DNA of 52,861 nucleotides from a virus (lineage: Duplodnaviria > Caudoviricetes). Under the pieces are notes generated by a model, which saw only the letters and a list, made by a program, of their open reading frames with translations, did not search any database and was not told the origin of the DNA. Shown here in pieces: positions 9,374 to 19,262 of this stretch. Location of the stretch: IMG/VR virus record IMGVR_UViG_3300033513_000010, positions 1 through 52,861 of that record. One strand, written 5' to 3'. The translations under genes and the position numbers were made by a program. Each line of letters begins with the position of its first letter. The first letter of the stretch is position 1.

Positions 9374-9986
9374 GGGCATCGTTTATGTCGTTTACGGCCA
9401 ACGGGCGGCCCTGACAGCGGCAAAGAGCATCGCCAGCCTTCAGGCTACGGGCTGTACCTTGCCGATTACAGTTATTGGCGACCGGGCTATCCCCCCGGCG
9501 GCTCATGTAGATTACCCCCGGCTTGACCAGGGGGGGCGGCTGACGAAATTGGCAATGCTGGAACTGATGGCGGATTACGATTACCTACTGTACCTGGACG
9601 CGGATACACGCATTCATGGCGACCCAACCCCCGGCTTCGCTATCGTGGAGGACGGGTGGGATATGGCCCTGGCGCTTTCAGGGTTTCAGGGCAACAGGGC
9701 TTTCGAGCACGTGCAGGCGCGTGAGCGGACGGAAACCTTCGATGCCATCGGTGCGCCACTTGTGCAGTATCAGTGCGGGGTGCTTTTTGTGGCTCGTAGT
9801 GACACGACAAGGGCCTTTTTTGGGGCGTGGCGCGATGAGTGGGGTAGTTACGCCACCGCCGACCAGGCCGCCTTTGTGCGTGCTTTAGAGCGCGTTCCTC
9901 TGCGGCTTTGGTTGCTTGGAAATGATTGGAATGGCGTGGATGGGGAAATCGTAGAACACCGCTTTGGTGAGGCGAGGGAATTGTGA
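9360..9986 (+). CDS. GT-A fold glycosyltransferase (GT8/nucleotide-diphospho-sugar transferase-like)
   Basis: LYLDADT DxD motif, QCGVLF, DQAAF, WN motifs. Confidence 0.8.
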   Translation: MTQRRGIVYVVYGQRAALTAAKSIASLQATGCTLPITVIGDRAIPPAAHVDYPRLDQGGRLTKLAMLELMADYDYLLYLDADTRIHGDPTPGFAIVEDGWDMALALSGFQGNRAFEHVQARERTETFDAIGAPLVQYQCGVLFVARSDTTRAFFGAWRDEWGSYATADQAAFVRALERVPLRLWLLGNDWNGVDGEIVEHRFGEAREL

Positions 9987-11644
9987 CCAACGTCCATGTA
10001 GTCTGTCGGAACCCAAAGGACGACCGGGTTATCCCCAGGATGGTACGTATCCTGGCGGATGTACACGGCTGGACTGTCGGGGCGGCTCCTCGCAGAGACG
10101 CTGCACTGAACTACTTCTGCGGCTACTTCGAGTGGGACTTGCATCGCAGTTTCAAGGCCACTCCGCTTGCGGCTTACCTCACGCATCGTGAGGAGAACGC
10201 GGCGGATAAGGCGCGGTTGTGGGACGTGGTCGCGGAAATCATGGACGTTCGCGTCGTAACGGCGTGGAAATACGGGGCAATGATAGAGGAGTTCGGCCCA
10301 ACTACACTTGCCCCCCTACCCCTGGAGCGTGAGCGGTTCGTTCCCGTAGCGTTCCCCCGCCACCCGGTTGTGGGGACTTCTGGATTTACCTACCATACAA
10401 ACCGGAAAGGCTCAGGGCTAATGGGAAAACTGGCGAAGGCCCTGGGAGCCGATGCCACGTTTCAGGCGTCGGGGCGGGGCTGGCCTGTCCCAACCAAACG
10501 GTATACATGGAGTGAGATGCCGCGCTTTTACCAGGGCCTCACCGTATGGGTCTGCACGTCGCTTGTGGAAGGCGGCCCTATGGGGACGCTGGAGGCGCTG
10601 GCGTGTGGACTACCAGTCGTTATCCCAAACGATGTCGGCTTGCACGACGAGCTTCCCGCAGTGCGGGGTATTTATCGTTACCCGAAAGGGGATGCGAAAG
10701 GGCTGATTTCGTGTACGCGGTTGGCGCTTGAGGAATACCCTACGCTCGACCGCGAGGCGCTTCGGGCTGTCACCGCGCGGTATGGCCCGGCTCAATGGGC
10801 AGCAGCGCACAAAGAGGCATTCGAAGGTGTTACCAGGGATACAGGAGTTCAGGAGGTAGCCGAAGGTGACACGCTCCCGCCCTGGGAAGGGCGGTGTGGC
10901 ATTTATTACGTCGCCTTCGGCGTGCCAGCACGGAAGGCCGCTACGCTTAGCATCCGGGGGGCCAAGCGAAATATGCCTAACGTCCCGGTTGCGGTTGTTT
11001 CTGACGCGCCGCTCGGAGCGGGGGAAGACGTATTTATCGAGGCTCCCGACCGTGATATTGGCGGGCGAATTGCCAAACTCAAGGTATTCGAGTTAGCCCC
11101 GGCGGGATGGACATACATTCTCTATCTGGATGCGGACACCGAAGTAATCGGGGACGCGACGTTGTTTTTCAAGCTCCTGGCCGATGGATGGGAGTTTGTC
11201 ATTACGAAAGACCCTCATCGGCATGACCTGCTAAAACACATGCACAGGACGGGTCAGGACGAGGAGCATATCGTGACCGTAGGGAAAGCCGCGACAGAAG
11301 AAACGCTGGCACTGAACGGCGGGGTATGGGCGTTCCGGCGCTGTGCCAGAACCAAGACGTTCTTCAAGCGTTGGTTTACGGAATGGGATAAGTACGGACA
11401 GCGTGACCAGCCCGGCCTTATCCGCGCATTGTATGCGCATCCGTTACGGATGGTGGTGCTTGGAAATGAGTGGAACCTATTCCCGAAATATAAGGACAAG
11501 GAACGCGCCGCCGCGATTTTACATTTCCCGATGCGGGCGCGGCGCTGGCGCGGGCGCATCGGACGCGGTGTCCGGTTAGATTCGAAAGAAGCATGGAGAC
11601 AAGCAAACGAATGGGTAAAGGGTCAGTCTCGTCGCGCAAAGTAG
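9983..11644 (+). CDS. two-domain glycosyltransferase (GT4 plus GT-A)
   Basis: SLVEGGPMGTLEALACGLPVV (GT4 EX7E); second domain LYLDADT, LNGGV, DQPGL, EWN. Confidence 0.88.
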   Translation: MTNVHVVCRNPKDDRVIPRMVRILADVHGWTVGAAPRRDAALNYFCGYFEWDLHRSFKATPLAAYLTHREENAADKARLWDVVAEIMDVRVVTAWKYGAMIEEFGPTTLAPLPLERERFVPVAFPRHPVVGTSGFTYHTNRKGSGLMGKLAKALGADATFQASGRGWPVPTKRYTWSEMPRFYQGLTVWVCTSLVEGGPMGTLEALACGLPVVIPNDVGLHDELPAVRGIYRYPKGDAKGLISCTRLALEEYPTLDREALRAVTARYGPAQWAAAHKEAFEGVTRDTGVQEVAEGDTLPPWEGRCGIYYVAFGVPARKAATLSIRGAKRNMPNVPVAVVSDAPLGAGEDVFIEAPDRDIGGRIAKLKVFELAPAGWTYILYLDADTEVIGDATLFFKLLADGWEFVITKDPHRHDLLKHMHRTGQDEEHIVTVGKAATEETLALNGGVWAFRRCARTKTFFKRWFTEWDKYGQRDQPGLIRALYAHPLRMVVLGNEWNLFPKYKDKERAAAILHFPMRARRWRGRIGRGVRLDSKEAWRQANEWVKGQSRRAK

Positions 11645-12441
11645 ACGAAAAACCAAAGCCAGAGAAACGCGAACGGACGGCGCTTGGAAAGCGCCGCCTC
11701 GAATGGGGCGCAATGTGCCCGGCGCTAATCGTAGCGCACGTGCGTAGTGGCGGAACGTTCCTGGCGCATTGCCTGTCTACGCATCCGGCGGTATTTTGCC
11801 CACGTTCGGAACCGTTGGCTCAGGTACATTCGCCCTGGTATCGCCATTTCCCATGCGCCAACCCGCTCGCCATTTTGCAGGCGATATGGGAACAGCCGGG
11901 TTACGAGGTGACGGCCTGCCGGGTTACGGCTCGACAGTTGAATCAGAAGATTCTGGCAGCATGTGCTAATCGCCAGGTGCGTGTTATTCATCTCACCCGG
12001 AACGATGTCATTGCGACGGCGGTGTCCGACATTATAAACCGGATGTACTGGCACGAGGGGATTATCAAAAACTACGCCGTCCACACATTCAAACCCCTGG
12101 ACGCGCCGCACGCGGTAATTGACCCGGCGCACGTTATCCGTCGGGGTGAGCAAATTCTGAAGGAACAGGGGCGTATCGCGGCGGCGCTGGCGCGATACAA
12201 CCTGAATGTCTTACCTCTGACATACGCCGACATCGTAGGAGGCGAGAACGCGGAAGCGAACGAGCTTCCACGCGCCGCGCGGGACACCCTCTGCGAGTTC
12301 CTGGGAATCAGCCACCTTCCGATGAGCGCGGCGGGGTTGCGGAAGGTTAATAATCGCCCGCTTTCCGAAACGGTCGCCAACTGGGACGAGGTCGTGGCGG
12401 CCTGTAAACAGGCGGGGCTACTGGAGGGGAAAAATGCCTGA
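11593..12441 (+). CDS. sulfotransferase (Stf0-like)
   Basis: AHVRSGGTFL PAPS-binding loop, IHLTRND...AVS, LTYADI, LCEFLG. Confidence 0.8.
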   Translation: METSKRMGKGSVSSRKVDEKPKPEKRERTALGKRRLEWGAMCPALIVAHVRSGGTFLAHCLSTHPAVFCPRSEPLAQVHSPWYRHFPCANPLAILQAIWEQPGYEVTACRVTARQLNQKILAACANRQVRVIHLTRNDVIATAVSDIINRMYWHEGIIKNYAVHTFKPLDAPHAVIDPAHVIRRGEQILKEQGRIAAALARYNLNVLPLTYADIVGGENAEANELPRAARDTLCEFLGISHLPMSAAGLRKVNNRPLSETVANWDEVVAACKQAGLLEGKNA

Positions 12442-13159
12442 GCGAATTGGCAGGGCTGGCAGTTTTGAACACGAGTTCGTTCGGCTGTGGAACGCCGGAT
12501 GGCTGGATGATTTCGCGGGCAAGCGCGTCCTGGAAATTGGCCCGCGACACGGCGTGCATTCTCGCCAGATTGCCCACTATCTGCATCCGAGCGAGTTCGT
12601 GATGGTACAGCGCCCGGAGACGCATATCAAGGCCCGCGACCCGGAGGAATGGCTTCCGGAGGTTCAGAGCGCCTGTAACGCCCGGCTCGTGATGGGTGAC
12701 CTGATTTACCTGGATACGAGCGCCTTTGAGCCATTCGACCTCGTGTGGTGCTGCGGCGTGATTTACCATAACGTCGAGCAGTTCCGTATGATGCGCCAGT
12801 TGTGGGAACTTTGTGCTATGGACGGCGGGGTGGTTGTTGAGGCCGAAATCGTCCGTAATCCAAAGTTACGCGACCTTCCGATTGTTCAGATTTTCTGGCC
12901 GCATACATTCCACGATAAGCCAACGATTACCCATCTCCCATCGGTGGGGGCTTTGAAAGCATGGATGGGGATGGTCGGCTTTGACCACATTCACGAGTGG
13001 CAAAAGGTTTGGCCGAATAAAGCGGGGCGGGCGCTGCTGACGGGGCGCAAACACAACACCGAAATCCCCTACGAGTTTGCGAAGGCCGCGCCACGCACGG
13101 ACGGTGTGTTGAAGCGGCGCGTGGACTATGCCCCCGGTGATAAGTGGAGGATTGACTGA
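12434..13159 (+). CDS. class I SAM-dependent methyltransferase
   Basis: GKRVLEIGP..G motif I; FDLVWCCGVIYH. Confidence 0.85.
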   Translation: MPERIGRAGSFEHEFVRLWNAGWLDDFAGKRVLEIGPRHGVHSRQIAHYLHPSEFVMVQRPETHIKARDPEEWLPEVQSACNARLVMGDLIYLDTSAFEPFDLVWCCGVIYHNVEQFRMMRQLWELCAMDGGVVVEAEIVRNPKLRDLPIVQIFWPHTFHDKPTITHLPSVGALKAWMGMVGFDHIHEWQKVWPNKAGRALLTGRKHNTEIPYEFAKAAPRTDGVLKRRVDYAPGDKWRID

Positions 13160-13836
13160 TGGCTAAGGACATAAAAACCGACGTTATTCTACGCCAGCAC
13201 GAGGCTGTACCAGCAGACATGAAGTCGTGGTACAAGCGGCTCACAAATGGGACACATGCCCTCGTGACCTATAACGCTTCCATCATTCGCGTCAACTGCC
13301 CTGACGATGACGACGATGGGGATGGTGGAATTGGCGACGGCCTCGCCATGCAAACCATTGACTACGCTCACGAGAAGGCACACGGCGGCCTCATGTTTTC
13401 CATCTCGCACGTTTATTTGGCTGTAGCCGACAGCAGTCATGCCAATCTGCTGATTGCAGGGCCGCCGGATTCGGAGTTCCACATTCGAGCGGTCGTGAGC
13501 GGTGGCGGGGAATTTCGCCTGTCGTTCTATGAGGATACAACCGTTTCAAATCCCGGCACAGAAATCCCTGTGATCAATATGAACAGGCGCTCATCCAATA
13601 GCGCCCCGCTCAGGGCATTCTACGGCCCTACCATCACGGCCCTCGGAAATCTGTTGCAGGAGGGCCTGCTCCCGGCTGGGACAGTCGGGCGGGCTGTCGG
13701 CGCCAGCGTTCGCAGTGAGTCGGAATGGATTTTCACCAACAAAATGTATCTTCTTCGCGCCACAAATATCTCAGGGCAAGCGCGGAACTGCTCTATTAAC
13801 GTCGAGGGGTATCTGGACGTTCCGCCGGAGACGTAA
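13159..13836 (+). CDS. hypothetical, probably virion protein
   Basis: TGATG coupling; beta-rich; lies in morphogenesis operon. Confidence 0.6.
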   Translation: MAKDIKTDVILRQHEAVPADMKSWYKRLTNGTHALVTYNASIIRVNCPDDDDDGDGGIGDGLAMQTIDYAHEKAHGGLMFSISHVYLAVADSSHANLLIAGPPDSEFHIRAVVSGGGEFRLSFYEDTTVSNPGTEIPVINMNRRSSNSAPLRAFYGPTITALGNLLQEGLLPAGTVGRAVGASVRSESEWIFTNKMYLLRATNISGQARNCSINVEGYLDVPPET

Positions 13837-13839
13837 TCA

Positions 13840-14499
13840 ATGGCCGATTATGCAACGACTGCTGAGGTCAAGACCCGAATAAATAAAACCCGCGCCGACG
13901 AGGACGCCAGTATTGCCGCCCTCATCACGGCGGCGTCCAGGGCGATTGATGAATACTGCAACCGCCCGGATGGGTTTGTGGCTCCAGCCGCCGGGGTTGC
14001 CCGCCTGTATACAGGCACAGGCGACTTCTATATGTTCGTGGATGAGTTCATCGCCGTTTCGGCGGTAGAGGTCAAGGATTCTCCAAGTGATACAACCTAT
14101 GTCGCGTGGTCAAGCGGGGACTATCTCGCATTCGCAGGTGACCCGGCTACTCCAGAGTTCAATCGCCTGCCATTTCATGGATTGATGGTAAGCGCAACGG
14201 GGGATTATGACATTTTCACGTCCGGGCAATACTCCTCTCGCCGACCTGGGCAGCCCTCCAGAACGACGCGGCGCGGCGTCCCTACCGTGCGCGTCACGGC
14301 GCGGTGGGGATACGCCGCAACCGTCCCGGCGGTTGTCAAAGAGGCGTGCATTGCTCAGACCGCCCGGTGGCTCAAGCGGTCAGAGGCGGCCTGGGCTGAC
14401 AGCATTGCGAAGGGGGAGTTCGAGCAGTTGCAGTATTTTAAGGGGCTTGACGAGGCCGTCCAGTTGATGCTGTCGCAGATGATACGGATGGCAATATGA
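13840..14499 (+). CDS. head-tail adaptor (gp6/gp15-like)
   Basis: MADYATTAEVK...LITAASRAIDEYCNR, VTARWGY..VPAVVKEAC. Confidence 0.85.
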   Translation: MADYATTAEVKTRINKTRADEDASIAALITAASRAIDEYCNRPDGFVAPAAGVARLYTGTGDFYMFVDEFIAVSAVEVKDSPSDTTYVAWSSGDYLAFAGDPATPEFNRLPFHGLMVSATGDYDIFTSGQYSSRRPGQPSRTTRRGVPTVRVTARWGYAATVPAVVKEACIAQTARWLKRSEAAWADSIAKGEFEQLQYFKGLDEAVQLMLSQMIRMAI

Positions 14500-14990
14500 G
14501 CGGAATCGTTCTGGAGGCCAGTATGCGGGGCGCGGAAGAAGTGGCGCGGAACATCGCAGGAATGGCTGAGGCGCTTTCCGGGCCACCAATGGAGCAGAAC
14601 ATGCTCCAGGCGGCTACGCTCGTTTCAGGGGACGCCCGGCGTGATGCACCAGTGGACGAGGGGCTGCTACGCGCCAGCTTACTGCCAGAAGTTCGACACG
14701 ACGGGAACGTCGTCGAGGGGGCGGCTGGCTCGCGGGTGGTATACGCGCCGTTCATGGAGCTTGGAACAGGCTCGCCTGCTGGAAATCCCCCGGTGAACTT
14801 CCCCCCGCCTTCCGCCCTGGAAACGTGGGCACGGCGGCATGGCGCGGCAAGCGGCTACGTAGTCGCAAGGGCCATCTGGCGGCGGGGCGGCTTGGAGCCG
14901 CGCAAATTCTTGCAGAACGCCCTGGTAAAGAATACCGAACGTATCATTGCGATGATTGGTCAGTTCGTTTCGCGGTTAATTAGGAGATAA
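14496..14990 (+). CDS. HK97 gp10-family neck/tail completion protein
   Basis: APVDEGLLRAS, YAPFMELGT, PRKFL motifs. Confidence 0.85.
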   Translation: MSGIVLEASMRGAEEVARNIAGMAEALSGPPMEQNMLQAATLVSGDARRDAPVDEGLLRASLLPEVRHDGNVVEGAAGSRVVYAPFMELGTGSPAGNPPVNFPPPSALETWARRHGAASGYVVARAIWRRGGLEPRKFLQNALVKNTERIIAMIGQFVSRLIRR

Positions 14991-14992
14991 CC

Positions 14993-15457
14993 ATGCCATC
15001 CGTCACGCTGACACAATTGGTAGAAGCCATCGCCACTACATTTGAGGGTGTCGCGGCGCTCATCGTTCAGGAGGCCGAAGAAGCGACGGAGGGTATCCAA
15101 GACCCGCCGATCCTCCAGATATACCCGGAGACGTGGAACGCGGACGCGGGCGGGGGCAATACCGACCGGACGACGTTTGGCGGGGGGCGGCGGCAAACCG
15201 ACATTACCATCTTAGCCGACCTCTACGCCAAAGAGCGGTCGCATATCGGGGAGGATTTCGCTGTGCTGCTTCCGCTTGTAGACGCCATGATTGACATCTT
15301 GGAGGCCCAGGATGCCCAGCCCTACTTCGGCCTGGCGGATGTCAGGGGTAACCCCGGTATCGCCTCATTCAGATGGAGCGGTGAGCGCGTCACTATCGTG
15401 TACGCTCAACAGCGTTTCGTCGGGGCGCGGTTTACGATTACATGCCGGATTTTCTGA
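14993..15457 (+). CDS. putative tail terminator
   Basis: position after gp10-like gene, size 154 aa. Confidence 0.6.
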   Translation: MPSVTLTQLVEAIATTFEGVAALIVQEAEEATEGIQDPPILQIYPETWNADAGGGNTDRTTFGGGRRQTDITILADLYAKERSHIGEDFAVLLPLVDAMIDILEAQDAQPYFGLADVRGNPGIASFRWSGERVTIVYAQQRFVGARFTITCRIF

Positions 15458-15464
15458 GGGGGCT

Positions 15465-15794
15465 ATGCGGTGGTATCGGTGTATCAGCAATTTATCATTC
15501 GGGGAACGGCGGGTCCCGCGCGGAACGCTTGTCCAGCTATCGGGAAAGCGTGCTGATGCGCTCTTGGCCGCAGGGGCTATTTCTATCCTGCATACGCCGC
15601 CCGTGGCGGCAATCCCTGGATGGAAGCTCCGGGCAGAGCGGCTAACCCCCGCCGGAATCGTTTCATGCGAGGAGTTGCTGAATGCTTCGGCGGCGCGGAT
15701 TGCAGAAATAATGGAGGTACATGAAAAAACTGTAGAGAAGTGGAAACGTGAGTTAATAGACCGATGGTTGGCGGAAACCCCGCCAGCCGGGTGA
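15465..15794 (+). CDS. hypothetical protein with HhH-like segment
   Basis: IPGWKLRAERLTPAGI...ELL; GAGGGGG RBS. Confidence 0.55.
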   Translation: MRWYRCISNLSFGERRVPRGTLVQLSGKRADALLAAGAISILHTPPVAAIPGWKLRAERLTPAGIVSCEELLNASAARIAEIMEVHEKTVEKWKRELIDRWLAETPPAG

Positions 15795-15837
15795 TGTAGA
15801 AGCAGACGCCGGACGGTCGTCCGGCAGGAGGGATGAA

Positions 15838-16287
15838 ATGCCACAAACAACGACAGCTCGGAATGCCTGTGACGTACAGGTGTATTTAGCCGACGAAACG
15901 GGGGTGCTGCACGATATTTCTGGTTCGGCCAGCAGCCTGGAACCTGAGTTCTCGCAGGGCATTGGCGAGTACCAGGTTTTCGGAACGGACTGGATGCAGC
16001 GCATGGCCTGCACGCGCGACGCGAAAGCGACGCTCAATATCGTTTACTCGATGGCGGCGGATGAGGGGCTTGACCTTCTCCGGCGATGGTTTTTCGATTA
16101 CCCCGGCACGACACGGCGGCTGCGGTTTGACGTGCCGTCCTCGGCAGTCGGGAATCATCGCTACGAAGGGAACTTCCTGTTGGAAACCTGGAGTCCGCCA
16201 CTCGACCCGACTGAGGCCGGGCCAATTGCAGTTTCAATGGACCTCGTTCAGACAGGTGGCGTTACGTTCGACACAATCGCCAGCTAG
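15838..16287 (+). CDS. tail tube (major tail) protein
   Basis: position before chaperones; YEGNFLLE beta pattern; strong RBS behind a hairpin. Confidence 0.7.
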   Translation: MPQTTTARNACDVQVYLADETGVLHDISGSASSLEPEFSQGIGEYQVFGTDWMQRMACTRDAKATLNIVYSMAADEGLDLLRRWFFDYPGTTRRLRFDVPSSAVGNHRYEGNFLLETWSPPLDPTEAGPIAVSMDLVQTGGVTFDTIAS

Positions 16288-16296
16288 GAGAGGATT

Positions 16297-16614
16297 ATGG
16301 CACAGCGTAGAAATTCCTACCGCGCAGATTCGGCGGAGGTTCAGGGCGAAGGCTCTTTCGTCACCTTGCGGAGTTTCCGGTGGGGTGAAGTGAAGGATAA
16401 GGTCGCCGTCAAGCAGGACGTGGACGGCCAGACGGTTGAAACCGTGACGGCCAACATCGAATTTCTTGCCTCGGCCATCTTGGAATGGAATTGGGTGGAC
16501 GACGACGGAAACCCGCTTCCACTTCCGAAGGATAACCCAGGGGTGATGGATTTGCTGACGCTTGAGGAAATTACATTCCTGAGTCAGCAATCCGTCGGGA
16601 AATTTCGACGGTAG
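16297..16614 (+). CDS. tail assembly chaperone
   Basis: ILEWNWVDDDGNPLPLP motif; between tail tube and tape measure. Confidence 0.8.
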   Translation: MAQRRNSYRADSAEVQGEGSFVTLRSFRWGEVKDKVAVKQDVDGQTVETVTANIEFLASAILEWNWVDDDGNPLPLPKDNPGVMDLLTLEEITFLSQQSVGKFRR

Positions 16615-16627
16615 TGAAGCACAGCTA

Positions 16628-16849
16628 TTGACGTATTTATGGACTGGCAAGGGACAGGCTCCGATAGAATGGGTGGAGCTTGTCCTCTGCCGGGACATCT
16701 ACCACTGCACGCCCCAGGAACTTGATAAGGTGGACGTGCGGCGCTTAGCTGCCCATCTGGCGATGTACGCCATCGAGAAGAAAGTCGAGGCTCAGCGCGG
16801 CAATAAACGGAAACCTGGGCGTGGGAAGTCCGGGTTTGGTAGAGGGTAA
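16628..16849 (+). CDS. tail assembly chaperone extension (probably reached by frameshift)
   Basis: LCRDIYHCTPQELD; no RBS; frame open back across GGG AAA TTT CGA. Confidence 0.65.
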   Translation: MTYLWTGKGQAPIEWVELVLCRDIYHCTPQELDKVDVRRLAAHLAMYAIEKKVEAQRGNKRKPGRGKSGFGRG

Positions 16850-16853
16850 TTGA

Positions 16854-19262
16854 ATGCGCGGCGGTCGTACAACAAACGAGATTGAAGTAATCATCCGGGC
16901 ACGGGATGAGGCGTCCGGCCCACTTGGTCAATTCTCGCAAAATGTGCAGGGCATAGGGCAAATTGCCCTTGTGGGATTTGGGGCGGCGGCGACTGCCGTT
17001 GCCGGGCTTGGTGCGGCCCTCGCCGACCTGGCCGTAGACGCCGCGCCGCTCCAGAACATCTCGGCAGCTTTCGAGACGTTCGCGGCTGACGTTGGTTCGG
17101 GCGCTGATGAGATGCTCAGCGCCCTCCAGCAAGCATCAAGCGGAATGGTTACAAACCGCGAGTTGATGCAGAACTTTAACCTCGCCTCTCAGTTGGTATC
17201 CCGCGAGTTCGCCGCCGCCCTGCCGGATGCCATGCAATACCTCGGTCGTGTAAGCGCCGCGACAGGCGAGGACATGAACTTCCTGATGAACTCGCTCATC
17301 CGGGGTGTTGGGCGGCTCAGTCCGATGATTCTGGACAACCTCGGTATTCAGGTTGACCTGAATCAAGCAATGGAAGATTACGCGGCGGCGAATAACCTCT
17401 CGGTAGAATCAATGACCCGCCAGCAGCAGCAGATGGCTCTTGCGAACGCCGTCACGACGGCCCTCGCCAATAACGTGGGAAACCTTCCGGCGCTTGCTGG
17501 AACGGCCCAACAGGCATTCGCAAACCTGGGCGTACAGTTCCAGAACCTGCGGGATGACGTTGGACTTGCTGTACTCCCGGTATTCGAACGTCTCGTCGAA
17601 GCGGTTGGGGACGAAATCCTACCCGCCTTCACCGATTTTATTCGCAACGGGGCTGAGCGCCTTGCGGACGCGCTCATGCCAGTCGTGGATTTCGTCGTGG
17701 ATTTGGTTCAGGGGTTTTACAGCGCCTACGAGGCGACCGGGAGTTTCGAGAACGCTATTGGTGACGTAATTGACCAGTTCGATGGCATGGGGAATGTTTG
17801 GAATATCCTCAATGGGATTAAAAACGCCATCGAGACGGTGGTGAATGCACTTTCCCCGATTATTCGGGCTATCATCAATTGGGTAGGTGAAAATATCGAA
17901 TTGCAGGACGTTCTCATCGCTATTGGGGTTGCCATTGCAGCGGTGGTCGTCCCGGCTATCGTATCGTTCCTGGCGGCGCTTGCGCCCATCGTCGGGACGT
18001 TTTTGCTGCTCGTCGGCGTTGCGGCGCTCTTACGTCGGGCTTGGGAAACGAACTTCCTCGGCATCCGCGATTTTATTCTCAATTCTGTTATCCCGGCCCT
18101 ACAAACCCTATGGGAATGGCTCGTGGCAAATGTTCCAAGCGCCATCGCTACACTCGCCAGCGTGTGGCAAGGGACACTGCTCCCGGCACTCCAAACCGCC
18201 TGGAACTGGATACAAACCTCGCTTATCCCGGCCCTACAAACCCTATGGGAATTTCTCGCCACAAATATCCCGGCTGCCGTTGCCACCGTTTCTACTACCT
18301 GGACAGGGACATTGCTCCCGGCTATTCAGGCAGTATGGATGTGGCTGCAAACAAACCTATTCCCCATCTTTACTCAACTGGCGGCGCTTCTACAGGGCGG
18401 CTTTTCTAATGCTATTGCTGTATTCGGGGCACTCTGGCAAGGCGTACTCCTGCCCGCGCTGCAAGCCGTCCAGCCCGTTATCCAAGCAATATGGGGCTTC
18501 CTGCAACAATTGGCAAATCTACTGATGGGCAATCTCCAGTCGGGGGCGGCCTTAATGGCCTCACTCTGGCAAACCGTGTTACTCCCGGCCCTTACGGCGG
18601 TCTGGAATTTTCTTTCCACGAGCATCTTCCCACTTTTCCAGGCCATCGGGAATCTCATTGGAGCCGTCTTAAACGTCGCGCTCACGGCAATGGCCGGGAT
18701 TTGGCAAAACCTCCTGCTTCCGGCCCTCACAGCCGTTTACAATTGGTTGGCGGCCAATATCATCCCGGCCTTTCAAGAAGTTGCCAGTACGGCGCAAGGT
18801 GTTCTTGGCCCGATTATCGAATGGCTCGCCGAAAACGTCATTCCACCTCTTTCAGCAGCCTTCGCCGCTATCGGCTCAGCAATCCAGGATGTAATCGGCT
18901 TTATTAACGGCCTGACTAATGCCATCAACAATATAGAACTGCCAGACTGGCTCCAGCCCGGCTCCCCAACTCCATTCGAACTCGGATTGCGCGGCATCAC
19001 TGATGCCCTGGCGACACTGAATCGGCAAGGGCTGCCACAGCTTTCCGCCGGGCTGGCGCTTTCCTCCCCGACTCTTCCGGCCCTAACCCCTGCGATGGCG
19101 GGCGGGGGTGGCGGCGGGGGAACGACAACCCTGAATATGAACCTGACCGTGAATACACCTGCTGTGGATACGTTCCAAATCTCCAGTCTGTTTGATCAAA
19201 TCGAGGCCGAAGCGGCCCGACGTGGTATCAGCGTGCGTGGTCAGAGGGGGGTTGCGACATGA
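16854..19262 (+). CDS. tape measure protein
   Basis: IEVIIRARDEAS N-terminus, ILDNLGI, Trp-periodic amphipathic repeats, PGSP C-terminus. Confidence 0.92.
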   Translation: MRGGRTTNEIEVIIRARDEASGPLGQFSQNVQGIGQIALVGFGAAATAVAGLGAALADLAVDAAPLQNISAAFETFAADVGSGADEMLSALQQASSGMVTNRELMQNFNLASQLVSREFAAALPDAMQYLGRVSAATGEDMNFLMNSLIRGVGRLSPMILDNLGIQVDLNQAMEDYAAANNLSVESMTRQQQQMALANAVTTALANNVGNLPALAGTAQQAFANLGVQFQNLRDDVGLAVLPVFERLVEAVGDEILPAFTDFIRNGAERLADALMPVVDFVVDLVQGFYSAYEATGSFENAIGDVIDQFDGMGNVWNILNGIKNAIETVVNALSPIIRAIINWVGENIELQDVLIAIGVAIAAVVVPAIVSFLAALAPIVGTFLLLVGVAALLRRAWETNFLGIRDFILNSVIPALQTLWEWLVANVPSAIATLASVWQGTLLPALQTAWNWIQTSLIPALQTLWEFLATNIPAAVATVSTTWTGTLLPAIQAVWMWLQTNLFPIFTQLAALLQGGFSNAIAVFGALWQGVLLPALQAVQPVIQAIWGFLQQLANLLMGNLQSGAALMASLWQTVLLPALTAVWNFLSTSIFPLFQAIGNLIGAVLNVALTAMAGIWQNLLLPALTAVYNWLAANIIPAFQEVASTAQGVLGPIIEWLAENVIPPLSAAFAAIGSAIQDVIGFINGLTNAINNIELPDWLQPGSPTPFELGLRGITDALATLNRQGLPQLSAGLALSSPTLPALTPAMAGGGGGGGTTTLNMNLTVNTPAVDTFQISSLFDQIEAEAARRGISVRGQRGVAT

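Noticed and set aside
18080-18800. Nucleotide repeats in the tape measure gene
   Set aside because: Ordinary Trp-periodic tape measure repeats.
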